Source: Octopus bimaculoides | Taxonomy: Eukaryota | Reading direction: 5' to 3' | DNA length: 64,000 bases | NCBI RefSeq assembly: GCF_001194135.2 | Contig: NC_068982.1 | Location: forward strand, 117,183,888-117,247,887 | Part shown: positions 38,501 to 52,917 of the stretch, piece after piece | Layout of the letters: each line of letters opens with the position of its first letter | Numbering within the stretch: position 1 is the first letter of the stretch | The notes under the pieces: model-generated | The model's input: only the letters and a program-made list of their open reading frames with translations | What the model was told of the DNA's origin: nothing | Databases searched by the model: none | Program-made: the position numbers and the translations under genes

Positions 38501-39159
38501 TGCAGATATACTACGTATTTAGATATCTATGTATACGTCTTGGAAAGGTAGAATATATTCCCTGATATACTACAGAAAAAATTGGGTCTAAAAACTAAAT
38601 ATTTTCAGTAACATTTCGAATTATAAGTGTATCTTAAATATATTCAGATGGGTGGTACTTCTAGGTTAATTTTAACGTGAAAATGTTTTGAGTGACTGTG
38701 GTGGAGGTGGTGTGGTCTGAACAGAATATCATGAAGAAAATAATATAAATGTTTATGCACAAAGTATGGTAAGCACGAATAGAAAAGAAACGGAAGGGGC
38801 GTGGAAATATGATGAGGTACAATGATGGATGTTTATTGAGAAAAAAAAAATATTAATATGATTTAGTATGGCGTTTGTGCCAGTGTTATTCAGGATTGAA
38901 TTTGTCAACGCTACTCAGAGCAGTTGCTGTGGCACTGTTCCTGTATCATTTGATATTGTCCTTATATAATATTCGTGTTTGTGTTAGCGTGAAGTGGTTT
39001 AGATAATTTAAAAGAGTATATAATTTCCCCACCTCCTCTAGGTTTATATATTGTTCGGATACCACAAATAAATCACACATTTAGAATCACAATAACTTCC
39101 TTAATGTTGCGAGTAATCTTAAATTTCAGTTAAATTAATGAAATTCTTCAAAAGACTGG

Positions 39160-39762
39160 AGTTGTCTTCCTTTGCATTGACAAGGTTTGATTAGCAATAC
39201 ATGTCAGCTTTTATTTTCATTTTCTGTCTAGAAAGTTGACCAGAATTAGTTATTTTAGTTATTTTCTTTTGTTCACTACCAGTGAACTAAGGTAACATCC
39301 CTTATTTTTCGAGCAGCATCAGGTATATTCAAGCGGTTCCAATCAGTACTGTTTTCTGCAAGTGCCCCACTCTTATTGCAGCTCCTATTTGTTCCATGTA
39401 CTTATCAAGATGTTTACTCACTGTTCCCAGGGATCCAACAATTATTGGTACTACTACCACCTTTTTCAGCGACCACAACTGCTTAACCTCCCAAGTTATC
39501 CTGTCATATCTATCGATTTTTCTTTCTTCTTTATCGCATACCTTGCTGTCGGCTGGGCATGCTATATCTATCGTTTGCTTTCCATCTCAGTTAAGACTAT
39601 TTCTGGTTTCCTATTCTCTATCTCATGGTCGCACTGAATCATAAAATCCCATAGGATCTTTGCATTATCATTTTCGATGATGTCTTCGGGTTTATGTTCG
39701 TACCACTTTTTGCTCTCTCAAGTCCATATTTGCTGCAAAGTGTCGAAAATTTTATGAGCTAA

Positions 39763-39770
<8 letters not shown>
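39160..39770 (-). mobile_element. R4/Dong-like LINE 3' fragment (RLE domain), 5'-truncated at (AAT)n
   Basis: KWYEHKPEDIIENDNAKILWDFMIQCDHEIENRKPEIV...IDIACPAD...KIDRYD...LWSLKKVVVVPIIVGSLG...LQKTVLIGTA. Confidence 0.88.
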
Positions 39771-39797
<27 letters not shown>

Positions 39798-39808
39798 GGT
39801 ACAAACAT

Positions 39809-40016
39809 AAGGCAGCGAGATGGCAGAATCGTAGCAAGCTGGCTAAAATGCTTAGTGGCATTTCACCCGCCTTTAAAATCTGAATTCAAATTCCACAGAA
39901 TTTGATTCTTCTTTTCATCCTTCGAAGTCGAAAAATAAGCTGCAGTTGAGCACTGGATCGGTATCATTGACTTACTCTGTCCTCCGAAAATGCTGGCCTT
40001 GTGCCAATATTTGAAC
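39809..40016 (+). mobile_element. SINE family S1
   Basis: AAGGCAGCGAGATGGCAGAATCG...GAATTCAAATTCC...GGCCTTGTGCCAATATTTGAA. Confidence 0.75.
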
Positions 40017-41443
40017 CCATTATTCCGTTTGAACAGTGCATTACATATGTTGGTGGATACTACTTTATTTTATGCTGAATGGGGAGTCTCAGTTAATACC
40101 ACAGGATCTTGAAACGATTTTCTTTCCACAGTTCGTCTCTGAGAAACGCATAGCACCTCTAATACTCATATTTTCGATCCGTTCGCTCGAAAAGAGACGA
40201 ATATATCGATAAACCTGCGCAAAAACTGTTTAGCGATTCATTGTTTTTCCTTTGTCGCGGGAAAGTCTCACAGTGACACATGCCAGGGTAAAGCAAAAGG
40301 GTTAAAATGATTTGTGTGTGATATACAGAAATTGAGACATAGTAGAAGAGTGTATTTAGAGATAGATTGTGGTGAAAGGTATGATATTTTTGTGAGTAAG
40401 GTTACAGTGTGTTCGGCCATCAAAAACGTGACGTTTTTGGATCTATGCAAGAATTAAAATGTACGTAACAATAATTTCAATGCAAATGGTAGTTTTATAT
40501 ATACCGAGAAAATATGTTACCACATTTGTAAGGGGCATATTTTATATCATATGATTTCTCATGAAATGATTTATAATCGATGTCGTGTCTGTATTTTAGT
40601 TTGTTAAACGCTACTACGACATCGTACTAATCTATGAAAGACACACGCATACACATTGATACACATACACTAACACGGAAACACACACTCACACACGAAT
40701 AAAAACAGTCATTTCTCTCTTTCTCTCTCTATCTCTCTCTCACACAAACACTCACATACGCATAAAAACAGTTACCTCTCTCTCTCACACACACATATAC
40801 ATACACACACACACTGACACATACACATACCGACCCCACACACAGACTGATCACAATTTCATAGTTTATTTTGTGCTGAAATTTAAACGTCTGACAAGTA
40901 TTCCTTTTCATCCGTCTTTCATAATTTACCGTAAACAACTAAAACTCTATCGTAAAAGGATTATTGTATTGAAGCTGCAACGATAAATCATAAACATTTC
41001 GTTGCACAACCATTAGATAGATGCTGAGTTTTAACTCTACGCTCTGTTTGACTTATCACTAATATGTATAAGCAAACTGAAATAAAAGTCAAACATCGCT
41101 AGGTTTCTACTGAATTGTTTGTGAAAATAAAAGAAAATATTAATACAGCTTGTGTCAAACATTACCGATAATCATTGATATTGGTATGTAGCTTGATTAA
41201 TAATTATGTATAAATGACTTCTTCTCGTAATTATCGACACATATAAATGAAGGTATTTCTATCGTCGAAGACATTATGATCTGTTGATACCTGTTTGGTG
41301 ATAGGATTAATGGAAATGGTGTGGTTTTATTCTTTAGTGGGTAACACGTATTACTTTTGACATCATCAACTATTTTCGAATTCAAAGAATTCTGTTGCAA
41401 TACAAGCTGCTAATTTCGTTGGTATGAATGAAACAAATTACCA

Positions 41444-41488
<45 letters not shown>

Positions 41489-42963
41489 ACTTATGCTACA
41501 AATTCAAAATCAAGTATATTTCAGCTACTGTGGGAAATATAAATAAGGACCATTTCGGTCAATTGGATTATCATTATCCTGTTCTAGATCTGTGACGCAT
41601 TCATAATCATTATCATGCTTAACTACTTGCATTAATTTGGATTGATATGTACTTTATTATTTTTGTTTATGTTGGACGTTGATGTGGCAATACCAAAAGT
41701 CAGTTTGCATTACCTCCAAAACGTGGAACCGATTAGATTCTGGACCGTATAAATATACAGAGAAAATCAAAGCCAAAAGCAAGTTAGGAGCATAAATGAC
41801 AGTATAGAAGAAAAAGACGGAAATGACAGTATAGATGAGAAAGATGGAATTACTGATGCAGGAGTTAGGTTGGAATACATGTGAGATGAAAGGGATTTTT
41901 TCAAAAGATGTAAACATAATATAGTAGTTGTGGGCTGATAAGTGAATAATTCCCAATTAACTTAATGCTTATTTTTAATGTTTCCATAATGGCAACTGAT
42001 GTCTGTCTTTTCGAATTAGAATGTGTTTCGATGGTACGTATAAATATGACGTTTGTAGTTTAACATCTTTACTTCCTCAGATAAATGAGACATGCCCTAA
42101 TACCTTATGTAGTACTGAATATACTGTGTTCACCGAATAGGACTCAAGTAAATAAAAAGAACAAATATTCCACAATGTGATAATTTCCATTTGTAAATAT
42201 TCATATATAATAATAAGACATTTACCAGACAGAAGAAAAGTGCATAATCTGAATAATATATCGACAAAGAAAATCGCTTTACAGTTGTTTCTCAATAAAC
42301 ACACATCACTGCATCTCATCATATTTTCATGTCCCTTCCGTTTCTTCCTGCTTGTGTTTGTCATGCCTTGTACATATCCGTTCATATTATTTTCATGATA
42401 TTCTGTTTAGCATTCCCCCCCACCCACAAACCCGCCAAAAGGTTTCACGATGAAATTAATATAGATGTGCATCAAGACGTACGACCCATCAGAATATATT
42501 TAAGAAAAGTGTGTAGAACTTGGTACCATGCACCATGTTTTTAATAATTGGTTTAGACCTTGATAATTAATTAATTGGTTTAGACCTTAAGTATTTGCGA
42601 GAAGATGTAGACACCCTCCCGAGCCACATATTCATTATCCTTTATCCAATTGAACATTGAGATTGTGACAGTTGGCGGAAGAAAGGTCTACACGAGTGCT
42701 AGGCTCGTACAAATTTTGAACCAAAAACTTGTTATAATGTGAAAAGAAGCGCCTTGGCCAAGGATTCAGCCCCTTCCGGTTCAGCATTCGAACCCCAAAT
42801 CCTATGATGGTAATCTGAAAATGATAAACGATTAGATCACGTGCCTACCATCCCTCTCTCTCTCCATCGATCCATTGAGCAATCGATAGATCGGTCCATG
42901 CATGTATGCATCCTTCATTCAATCATCCTGAATGTGTTAAATATTGAGAATATTATGAGAGAT

Positions 42964-43110
42964 TAAGGCGCTGAGATGGCAGTATCGTTAAAACACTGCG
43001 CTAATTAATTAGTGACATTTTGTCCGTCTTACCTAGGCTCGATAAAATAAGTACCAGTAGAACACTGGGGTCGATGCTATTACTGCCTCTGGCCAAAATT
43101 TGGAATCAAT
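42964..43110 (+). mobile_element. SINE family S1, internally deleted
   Basis: AAGGCGCTGAGATGGCAGTATCG head and GTCGATAAAATAAGTACCAG-like 3' core. Confidence 0.65.
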
Positions 43111-46100
43111 ATTACTTGAGAGATCCTTGCCTCTGCAATAAAGAGTACAAAGCTGGAATCTATGAAATGATATCATTTGTTCGAAACGGAAATAACACAA
43201 TCAGAAAGCTGTTAAAACAATGTTTCAGACTAAATTCTACAGGATGTGGTCAATTTAGGACAAGTGCAGAGATAAAACTTGATTTTCTAATTTCGAGTGA
43301 AGGAATTAGTTCGAAACTTCATAATTTTCTCCTACGCAGATTTCGTTCCACACAATTTCCGCCTACAAAATTTCAGTGTGAAGTTTTTGGTCAACGTAAG
43401 ACTAATTCATAGAAGACAATTGTGCTAGGTATCAAGATTAAATACATAAATCACGTTCTTGAAATGTGAAATTCTTTAGTAAATATACTAAACGTCAAAT
43501 AAAGCATGTATTACAGTTCATACGTTGGAATTATTTTGTCTTGGGTTTCATTATTATTTTTGAAAGACTTTTATGCTAGCATCCAAACATATTTATTCTA
43601 GAAAGCTTACAGCTCGACCATAGTATTTAAACATTCCTAACTGGTATAACTGATATACGTATCTTTTGTGTCGACATCGATTACATAACAATTTTCTTTT
43701 GATTTTTGATTAAACATAAAGGGATCTATGAAAAAGGTTTCAAAGAAGGCAGTCGGATTCAGCTAATCGTGGATTGACTGATTGGAGTCATCATTATTTC
43801 TTTACAATGTGTGCTAGACTCTGTCAGTATCACAGTGTCTACTAACTTACTTTATTTACGTTAAAAAGTAATGGAAACTTTGTCTATTACTAAAAACTGC
43901 ACACTTTCAACTCTTAATGAACATATTAGCTTTTACTTCTCTGAAACATAAGTATTATAAAAATATATGGAAACTATGGAGCAGTCGTTAGATCTAGTAA
44001 CATGATCTAGTATCAATTTTTGAACATATGTTTCTAACCAAAAATCCTATAGTTTTTAACCCAATGAAAGTAATTTTGAGATGTCCGAATTCTCGATGAC
44101 ATTCTTCAATATAATAAATTCTCTTATAAGATTTATATATTTCTATTTTATGTATTTGTATACTATATATTCCGAAAGAAAAATCAAATTCTGCAGAGTC
44201 TGCAAGAGTTTGGCAGTAAAAATTCAATAAATTATACAATTTCATGCTATGAAAAGTCGAAATGAAAGTCATAATCATATAAAATAAAAGTATAAATCTA
44301 ATATTGTGCCACTTCGAAATACTTTTCTTAATAAATGAATAAATGAAATAAGACATAATCAAAAACAAGAAATAGTCTATTAAGTATTATGTAGATTTCC
44401 AAAATCATTTTTCCTAAACTTAGAACAAGCGTATTCTTTTATTGAAGTACGAAAAACAGAAGAAATGACGTTCATTCTATTCTCTACAAGAGCACTAGAT
44501 TATGCTAGAAATCTATTCTCATCAAACGCATTGTGTTAGAAATAGATTGTGCTAGAAATCAAAACCTGTTTCTCCTGCTTGGTTCAGAGTGAGAGGAGAG
44601 TGTACCTCTTACGGTGATGTATTGCACTGATCACATATGAAACTTGGCTTAAAATCTGACGGAAAGATTATACTGAATCATTCTTTTAAGTACTGTTTAT
44701 CTGTCAGATATAACAACTTCAAATTGTTACTGCTAATTATAATAGCTGCCAAAAATGAAATGACGATCGTTCTATTAAACAAAATTACATAAAAACATTT
44801 CAGAAAAATGTTATTAGAAAATGTGTTGCAAAAACAAAAAGAGAATGTATTTATTAAATACGATTTGATAAAAGGCTTCGTCATAGCGTAACACTCGAGG
44901 CAGTATTGATCATCTTTAAGAAAAACGAAAAACAAACAACTTCAATTGTTTTTTTTTTACGCCATTGTAATTGTGAGGCGTGGGTTCAACTCTTATTTCC
45001 ATTCATTGAAGATGTGCGATAATAAAAGGTTGCCATTACACTCTTACATATTTTGTAACGAACCCTATGATTAACAAAGAGTTGACTTATAAAATCTCCC
45101 GGAACATCAATGATAAGTTAATACGCTGTCAGTATTATGATATTAGTCAGTGATCGGAATATCATATAATACTTACAATGCTTTCATAGATGTTCATCTG
45201 CATGAGATAAAAAACAAAAGCAAACAGAAAAAAAATAGCAACAAACAAGCATACAAATGGTGTATCAGGGAGAATAATGCAGATATCAGCGTACATAAAA
45301 TAACAGACTATCATAAAAGGGACAGTCTCACGTTTATGAGACAAATCTGGAAGTTTGAAAATAGAGTTAAAAGCTGAGACTACGTTGTTAGGGCTTATAC
45401 ATAAATGCTAATCCATAAAGCCCAGAGGAGATGGAGAAGTCAGTACTCTAAGAGCGATTTAGTGGTATTGCATCCAATAATGTTATCGACTAGATGTGGG
45501 CCATTGAATGATAAATGATTTTGTTACGGTTATTGCGATTCTGAAAAAGAAAGCCAAAACTAGCTTTCCTGTGTGGTACTATAACGTAATCAGGATAGTG
45601 GCAGAATTATAATAGAACAATACCGGAAACGTATACGGCAATATGCCAATGGCCAACATATAATTTCTTTTTCTCGTTTCCTATGTTGCGAACGAAAGCC
45701 ATGACCCATGGTGCACTGTGTTTATGGGCAAAGAATAATTTTACAAGCTCGTTTCCTAGGCTCTAAAGAAGTTAACTGCAGTAGAAAAAACATCGATGTT
45801 TTAAACAATATAAGCTCCGGATAAAAGCTTCATCTTGTATTCCTGGTCTCATATTTTTTATCGTTCACATGTGTAAAAAGCAAACCTACTTTAGTTTATG
45901 TCTTCACCGCATCATAGGAGTTCCAACACAAGTAAACTCATCTGGAGTTTCATGTCACAAGCCGTTTAAATTGCTCTAAGACGAAATTAGAACATCTGAA
46001 GAGGAAAAACTCAATCGATTCATTGACTGAAAAGAGCTTTCTATCCTAGTAATATATATTACTCATGTAGCTATCAATATTTAAAAGTTTCTCGTTTGAT

Positions 46101-49100
46101 TTCTTTAGTAAGTTAGGAAAAGCTAAGCATAATCAATAACGCATCGAACTAACTCCAATGAGTCTTGTTAACGGGAATTTTAGTCCACTGTCTCAGGGTA
46201 AGATATGATATATGTAAACCCACGTAGCAGACATACATACAGGGAAAGTTTGAATATCTCTCTGTATTTTTTATGTATGTATACATACCACAACGCGCAT
46301 GCATAAACAGGTACTCACATACATTTCTGAGGAAACATATGAACATTTGGGAGCGAAGTTAAAGCCGCAATGCATAGATATAACCAAAGGATGAATATAA
46401 GAATCAGTTGCCTAGATTGCAGTACATGCATCTCTGTATCGCAACTTGAGGTTACAAGACATCTTTTTGGTAGAAGCCGTAGCAAACCTCCTATATAAGT
46501 GCTGTGTCGACGACCCCAGGCGAAGAAGTAGGATCTCCCAAGACATATAATTAGAGGTAGTATGGCCATGTTAGGTGTGTTGAGTAGCAGTCGAGTAGCA
46601 GTTGTGTAGCCTTTGCGTAGAGATCATCCGAAGGTGCTAGATAGCAGTAGCTTGATACATAACAATAAGCTTATTTTCAATGGTAATGTATATAAATATC
46701 AATTATTGCCTGAAAGTCTTGATATTCTCGTTCAATAAAATCTGAGCGAGTTGTTTGTGTCTAGAATTAATTCTCAGTGCAGAAATATGCTTAAATAATA
46801 TTTTTGCTCAGCAGTTGATATGTCCTGAACGACGAAAATGAGCTTTGGGTTCCTGGCACTCTTTCAGAGTTGAGCAACCAACAATGCATTACTGAGCTTC
46901 GTCTACATTTCATTTAATCCTCACGAGGAATCATTGTGATACACCAACGCTGGCCCTTTGAACTGACTGCGTATAAGGTTCATCTGGCTTGTTGCTGCAT
47001 TACTTTCGCTACGTGTCCACTTTCATTTACAAGGTGTTAGATGACCCAATATTAAGTTAAACTCTAGCTTAGTGTAACAAGAGAGTAATAAACGAGAGAG
47101 CTTCATGGTTGCAATGTAAAATTTTTATTAATTTAACCATGTTTGCGTTGCAGAGGTGAAATGATTCAATAAGGTGACCACTACCTGGTCAGCTAACCTG
47201 CTAGAAATAGTAGCAATATCTATCCCGAATCACGCCCTAGTTTTTGTTTTTTTTTGTTATAAAGAAAGGGCATACTGGGACTTTTAGTCCGAGATTAATT
47301 ACTGCTGAAAGGATACAGCAGAATGTCCTTCATGATAATATGCCTTCTCGATCAGAGCTGACATGGGACTAACCACAAGACGACAATGACAACCATTAAC
47401 TCTGTATCTAAAGTAACGGATATTTAAAACTACCAAAACAAATGTGCTGAAAGTTTAACGAACAGCACATTCTAATTGGCGTCTCTTAAATCATAGGTTT
47501 TAATTTTTCATCAATGTTCATAACGAGTCTCTTAAAGGTTATAACCTTCGATTTCTTTCCAAACATTTAGAATCTTAATCTATTTAGCTAAATTAGCTGC
47601 TTCTAAGCTCCCTTTATCAACTTATTATTTATCTATAGGCTGCTATGTGTCCTTGTGCGACCTATGAAATTACCTACTAGAATGACTGAACGATAAAAAG
47701 GATTTCCGAACAATTTTCCGTTCTCACTACTATATCAACTCACACATGGTGATCTTTAATGACTGGCCAATGCTGTGTTACTTCTGATTCAACATATTGA
47801 TCAATATAACTCACTCCGAGTCACAAGAAACAGCTAAACGAGTGACCTGCACCATTTACAAAAATCACGATATTTCATCTGTTACTTCATTCAACCCACA
47901 GCTATCAGAGGGGGCTAAGTGAGAGACCGATACCATCTACATAACACAAGCAGCATTCAATTGATTCCTGAGCAGTTTAAAATCATCTGTAGAATATCGC
48001 ATAGTAGTAGTCTCAACTTGAGAGCTGCATAATAATACTGGAAACTGTAAAAGTGCTTTTTTTTGTTTTGTACATTGCGCAAGGTTTACTACCTCTTATA
48101 AGCTCTCTTGCACCAGGAATCTATCTAGCAGACTGTTATTAGACATTTTGGTTTATCCCTCTATATTTAAAATAAAAATTCCCTAGCGTTGGACATTGTT
48201 TTTCTACCTCTCAAAAAGTCATGACAATAAATATAAATATATGACAATCTGAACTCAATCGACGATAAAATTTAATCTACGGAGATTTTCCTTATGGTAA
48301 ATCAAATGAAATCTCTTCCATTTACTTCACTCAGCCACTTCCTGTCTATTTCGCCCTACACATATACATACAGACTTACAAATACATGCAAAAAGATAAT
48401 TCATAGATATACACAATCACATTTACGCACACACACAGACAAACACACAAATACACACAAACACACATACACAGATAGACACATTCACATTAACGTATGT
48501 ATCTATATATATATATGTGTGTGTATATACGTACATAATCTTTCTCTATTTGACATCTTAAGTAGATATTTTTGTCTAAACATGTAATCAGATCCGAAAC
48601 GGATGTATCTAACTTGACAGGAATATTAAATTCTGAAACATTTACTTCAGTATATTTTCAGACACTAAACAATGGAAACAAGATTTTGAGAATAACTCCT
48701 AGTTTACATCTATCTGGCTTCCGACAAATCATATATATATATATATATATANNNNNNNNNNNNNNNNNNNNNNNNNNNNNNNNNNNNNNNNNNNNNNNNN
48801 NNNNNNNNNNNNNNNNNNNNNNNNNNNNNNNNNNNNNNNNNNNNNNNNNNNNNNNNNNNNNNNNNNNNNNNNNNNNNNNNNNNNNNNNNNNNNNNNNNNN
48901 NNNNNNNNNNNNNNNNNNNNNNNNNNNNNNNNNNNNNNNNNNNNNNNNNNNNNNNNNNNNNNNNNNNNNNNNNNNNNNNNNNNNNNNNNNNNNNNNNNNN
49001 NNNNNNNNNNNNNNNNNNNNNNNNNNNNNNNNNNNNNNNNNNNNNNNNNNNNNNNNNNNNNNNNNNNNNNNNNNNNNNNNNNNNNNNNNNNNNNNNNNNN

Positions 49101-49869
49101 NNNNNNNNNNNNNNNNNNNNNNNNNNAGAGAGAGAGAGAGAGATGCGTTTATTGAGGACAGCTTTTCCTTTGCCCATGTATTAAAATCATTACTTTAATC
49201 GAGATCTTTCCATTTCATTAAATTTGTTTTTCACATTTTTGCATGATTCTCCACCAAATTGTTTAGAGCAGTAAATTTCCCAATCCCATCATCCGAAGAA
49301 ATTTATATTTCACTCTGTTTCTTTGCCTATTGACTTGGTCATCATGACTGATGTTGATATCGTTATTGAAATTTGAGTCTTGTGTTTTAGAATTTTCCTC
49401 TTTGATTTCGATGTTTATTTGTTGTTTTTGCACAATGTATGTAGTCTAATGTAGTTATTTTTTTTATTATAAATAAATTTATTATTATTATGCTGTACTA
49501 AAAATGTTTGCTTCCGCTATTATAGAAGTGAAATGTTTAGTATATATTTGCATTAATTTCGTTAAACATATTAATGTTCTCAACCCTAATGCAAAAAAAA
49601 AAAAACCAAAGCCAAAGAAGACAATAACAAAGCAAAAACAAAAAAACAAAAAAACAAAAAAAAGAAACACCACTCACACTCAAATACCTCCTTACCTTCT
49701 AAGATACAGAAAATTACACTCGAAAATACTCGATAATATATTTCGAAACAAGAAGTATCGACCTGGAACGCCTTTGATTCTTAATCTGCTATCTGAGGAG
49801 TGATCTGTGATTTAAAATAATAATCCTGAAACTATAAGACTAAAACGCTGCTTGTTGTCACAGTTGCCC

Positions 49870-50290
49870 TAGGAATCTAGGAATGATAGCAAAAGGAGAT
49901 GAATACAATCTAGCTCAGATACAAGGAAATTCAAAAGATAGTGCTCATAGGAACTGTCCATATCCTACGTAAAATATTATCTATGTAATCCCCAAAATAT
50001 TTTAATCCGTAAACAGTGTCAAAATACTTTCAAATGTACTTAAGTTCAAACACTTCTTACTGTCATCGTGACATCAGACTATCATCATATAATAAAATTA
50101 GTTTTAAAACAAACTTCTAATTTACTTACGTTTTGATAGACATTATCTTGAAAACTTCTCTGTGCAAAATCACCCTAGTCATAGCACCATCTTGAACTTC
50201 TAACTTGTCTCTTGAGGTCTCTGGGTGAGACTTGGAGACAACTTGTATAAATACAAAGCAAAAGCCAAATATATAATATTAAATACATGA
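49870..50290 (+). mobile_element. Degraded 3' end of Dong-like family A
   Basis: CTAGCTCAGATAC...CAAAAGATAGTGCTCATAGGAACTG matches the family A ORF end, and GAACTTCTAACTTGT...GAGGTCTCTGGGTGAGACTTGG matches the 3' UTR at 54268-54312. Confidence 0.75.
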
Positions 50291-50399
50291 TAAAAACAAA
50301 TAAAAGAACAACAACAATAATAATGTTTCCTTTATCTTTCATAAAATTAATGGATAATGGATTCGCCCATATAAGTAAAGCGCCCCCAACTTTGCTGAA

Positions 50400-51795
50400 G
50401 TATATCTGTCGTGAGATGAGAAAGTTCAAAAACTATCATTATATAAGGGATGAGCGTGGAATCCATCTCTCTTTTTCAAAAAAGATTTGTTGCCCCCATC
50501 TCCCATCTCTTTGCCTGGCTTTAACCCCAGAAGCAATATCGCAGAATATCAGCATAAGATACAAATACCACGAGCAAAATAATCGTCTATATATGAACGA
50601 TTTAAAAATCTTTAGAAGTTAAACCGAACTAGAAAACATAAAATTCGTCTATACTTCTCGCAAAGATATACAGAGAAGTTTAAGACTAGACAAGTGCGTC
50701 AAAACAAATCCAGTGATAGGAAGGAAAATTAACCAAAACCAGAATATAACAGAAGAAATAGGCGCTGAAATCAGAGAATTAGGTCAAAATCACCTGTAGA
50801 AGTACCTAGGAATAAAGAGCTAAATCAGAATATATGGAAAGGAAATGGAAAGTAAGAAAGCTTACCTCAGAAAAGATAGACTAATATGAAATAACGAACT
50901 CCATGCTAGAAATAAAATGGTAGATACAAATACGCTTGCATACTAGTTATAAATTACAGATTTGATACAATAAACTGAAGGTTAGATGAGTTGAAAATTT
51001 GAGTAGGAAAACCAGGAAACTACTGACTGCGTACTGAAGCTATTACCTCGAAACAGATATAGAGAAAATATACGCACGCCGTGTACAAGGTGTACTTTGC
51101 CTGATACTAATAGGAAACTTATCTTAAATAAATACTGTTGGACAGGAAAAATACTTAGGAATAAAGAGAGCAAGACTGATAAATGTTATTACGAAACAAG
51201 AACAAAAACTTTTCTCTGTACATAAGGAAGCGATAAAATACGCACAGAAACAAACTACGCTGAACAAAAAAAAATAGATAACAACACAACAGAATGTTTA
51301 AAGAGACAAAACTGACATAAAAATAGAATTGCAAAGTATGCTACAGAAGAAAAAAGAGAAAAATCATTCCACAGCCAATACCTTGTAATTTTTCGATAGA
51401 GAAGTAAGAAAAAGTAAAAGTTAACAACGATTCATTTGTTCTAACCTAAAAGGAGTATGGAAAGTACTGATTGTCACTGCACATGTCCAGTGCCTGGGTA
51501 CAAAAATTTACAAAATAACGAAAACAGAACCCAACACCAAATACCGAATATGCGCCGGTACAATGAAGAACTGAGCAATACAAATGCTGGCAGCTCAGTA
51601 ATTGCAAAATTTGAACATATATGGAGACGTGATCGAATTGACAGCTAAGGCCACTGGGCGATACGCAAATATTTCGTTGTTAAATCAGACAGAATGTAGA
51701 ATTTATCAAAGGCGACATATGGTAGCAATCTGGTCTTAACTATCTGGTGAATGTCTATCTAAATTGACAGAGAAATGAAACCAAACCACAATCAC
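50400..51795 (+). mobile_element. Old, heavily degraded R4/Dong-like LINE (RT to RLE start)
   Basis: LFCLAL-like segment, LYMNDLKIF (degenerate YMDD, ~50587-50615) and a CCHC/RHDR-like region at ~51545-51640. Confidence 0.6.
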
Positions 51796-52133
51796 TCTAT
51801 TACCTTTACCTCCTGCTTCTGGGGAAATGCATGACAATGCACATTTTTATCACCAAAACTATGATGAACAGTTTGATCATAATTAAAAACCGCTCGCGCA
51901 TGTAGTTTTGGTCATTCTTCAAGAATCTTGCTCGGTGTTACAGATAACTGCTCCCATCTTGTACGCTTTCTACCTTAAATTATTGCGCTCCAACCCATTT
52001 CCAATTTACGCAAGAGAAGGAGCTGCCGTTTCCGATCTTAGCGATTTGTACATTATGAGGATAATTCTATTTTAATGTTTATTACCTCTTGCGGAATCGT
52101 GTGTGTGTGTGCGTGTGTGTGTGTGCGTGTGTG

Positions 52134-52167
<34 letters not shown>

Positions 52168-52917
52168 NNNNNNNNNNNNNNNNNNNNNNNNNNNNNNNNN
52201 NNNNNNNNNNNNNNNNNNNNNNNNNNNNNNNNNNNNNNNNNNNNNNNNNNNNNNNNNNNNNNNNNNNNNNNNNNNNNNNNNNNNNNNNNNNNNNNNNNNN
52301 NNNNNNNNNNNNNNNNNNNNNNNNNNNNNNNNNNNNNNNNNNNNNNNNNNNNNNNNNNNNNNNNNNNNNNNNNNNNNNNNNNNNNNNNNNNNNNNNNNNN
52401 NNNNNNNNNNNNNNNNNNNNNNNNNNNNNNNNNNNNNNNNNNNNNNNNNNNNNNNNNNNNNNNNNNNNNNNNNNNNNNNNNNNNNNNNNNNNNNNNNNNN
52501 NNNNNNNNNNNNNNNNNNNNNNNNNNNNNNNNNNNNNNNNNNNNNNNNNNNNNNNNNNNNNNNNNNNNNNNNNNNNNNNNNNNNNNNNNNNNNNNNNNNN
52601 NNNNNNNNNNNNNNNNNNNNNNNNNNNNNNNNNNNNNNNNNNNNNNNNNNNNNNNNNNNNNNNNNNNNNNNNNNNNNNNNNNNNNNNNNNNNNNNNNNNN
52701 NNNNNNNNNNNNNNNNNNNNNNNNNNNNNNNNNNNNNNNNNNNNNNNNNNNNNNNNNNNNNNNNNNNNNNNNNNNNNNNNNNNNNNNNNNNNNNNNNNNN
52801 NNNNNNNNNNNNNNNNNNNNNNNNNNNNNNNNNNNNNNNNNNNNNNNNNNNNNNNNNNNNNNNNNNNNNNNNNNNNNNNNNNNNNNNNNNNNNNNNNNNN
52901 NNNNNNNNNNNNNNNNN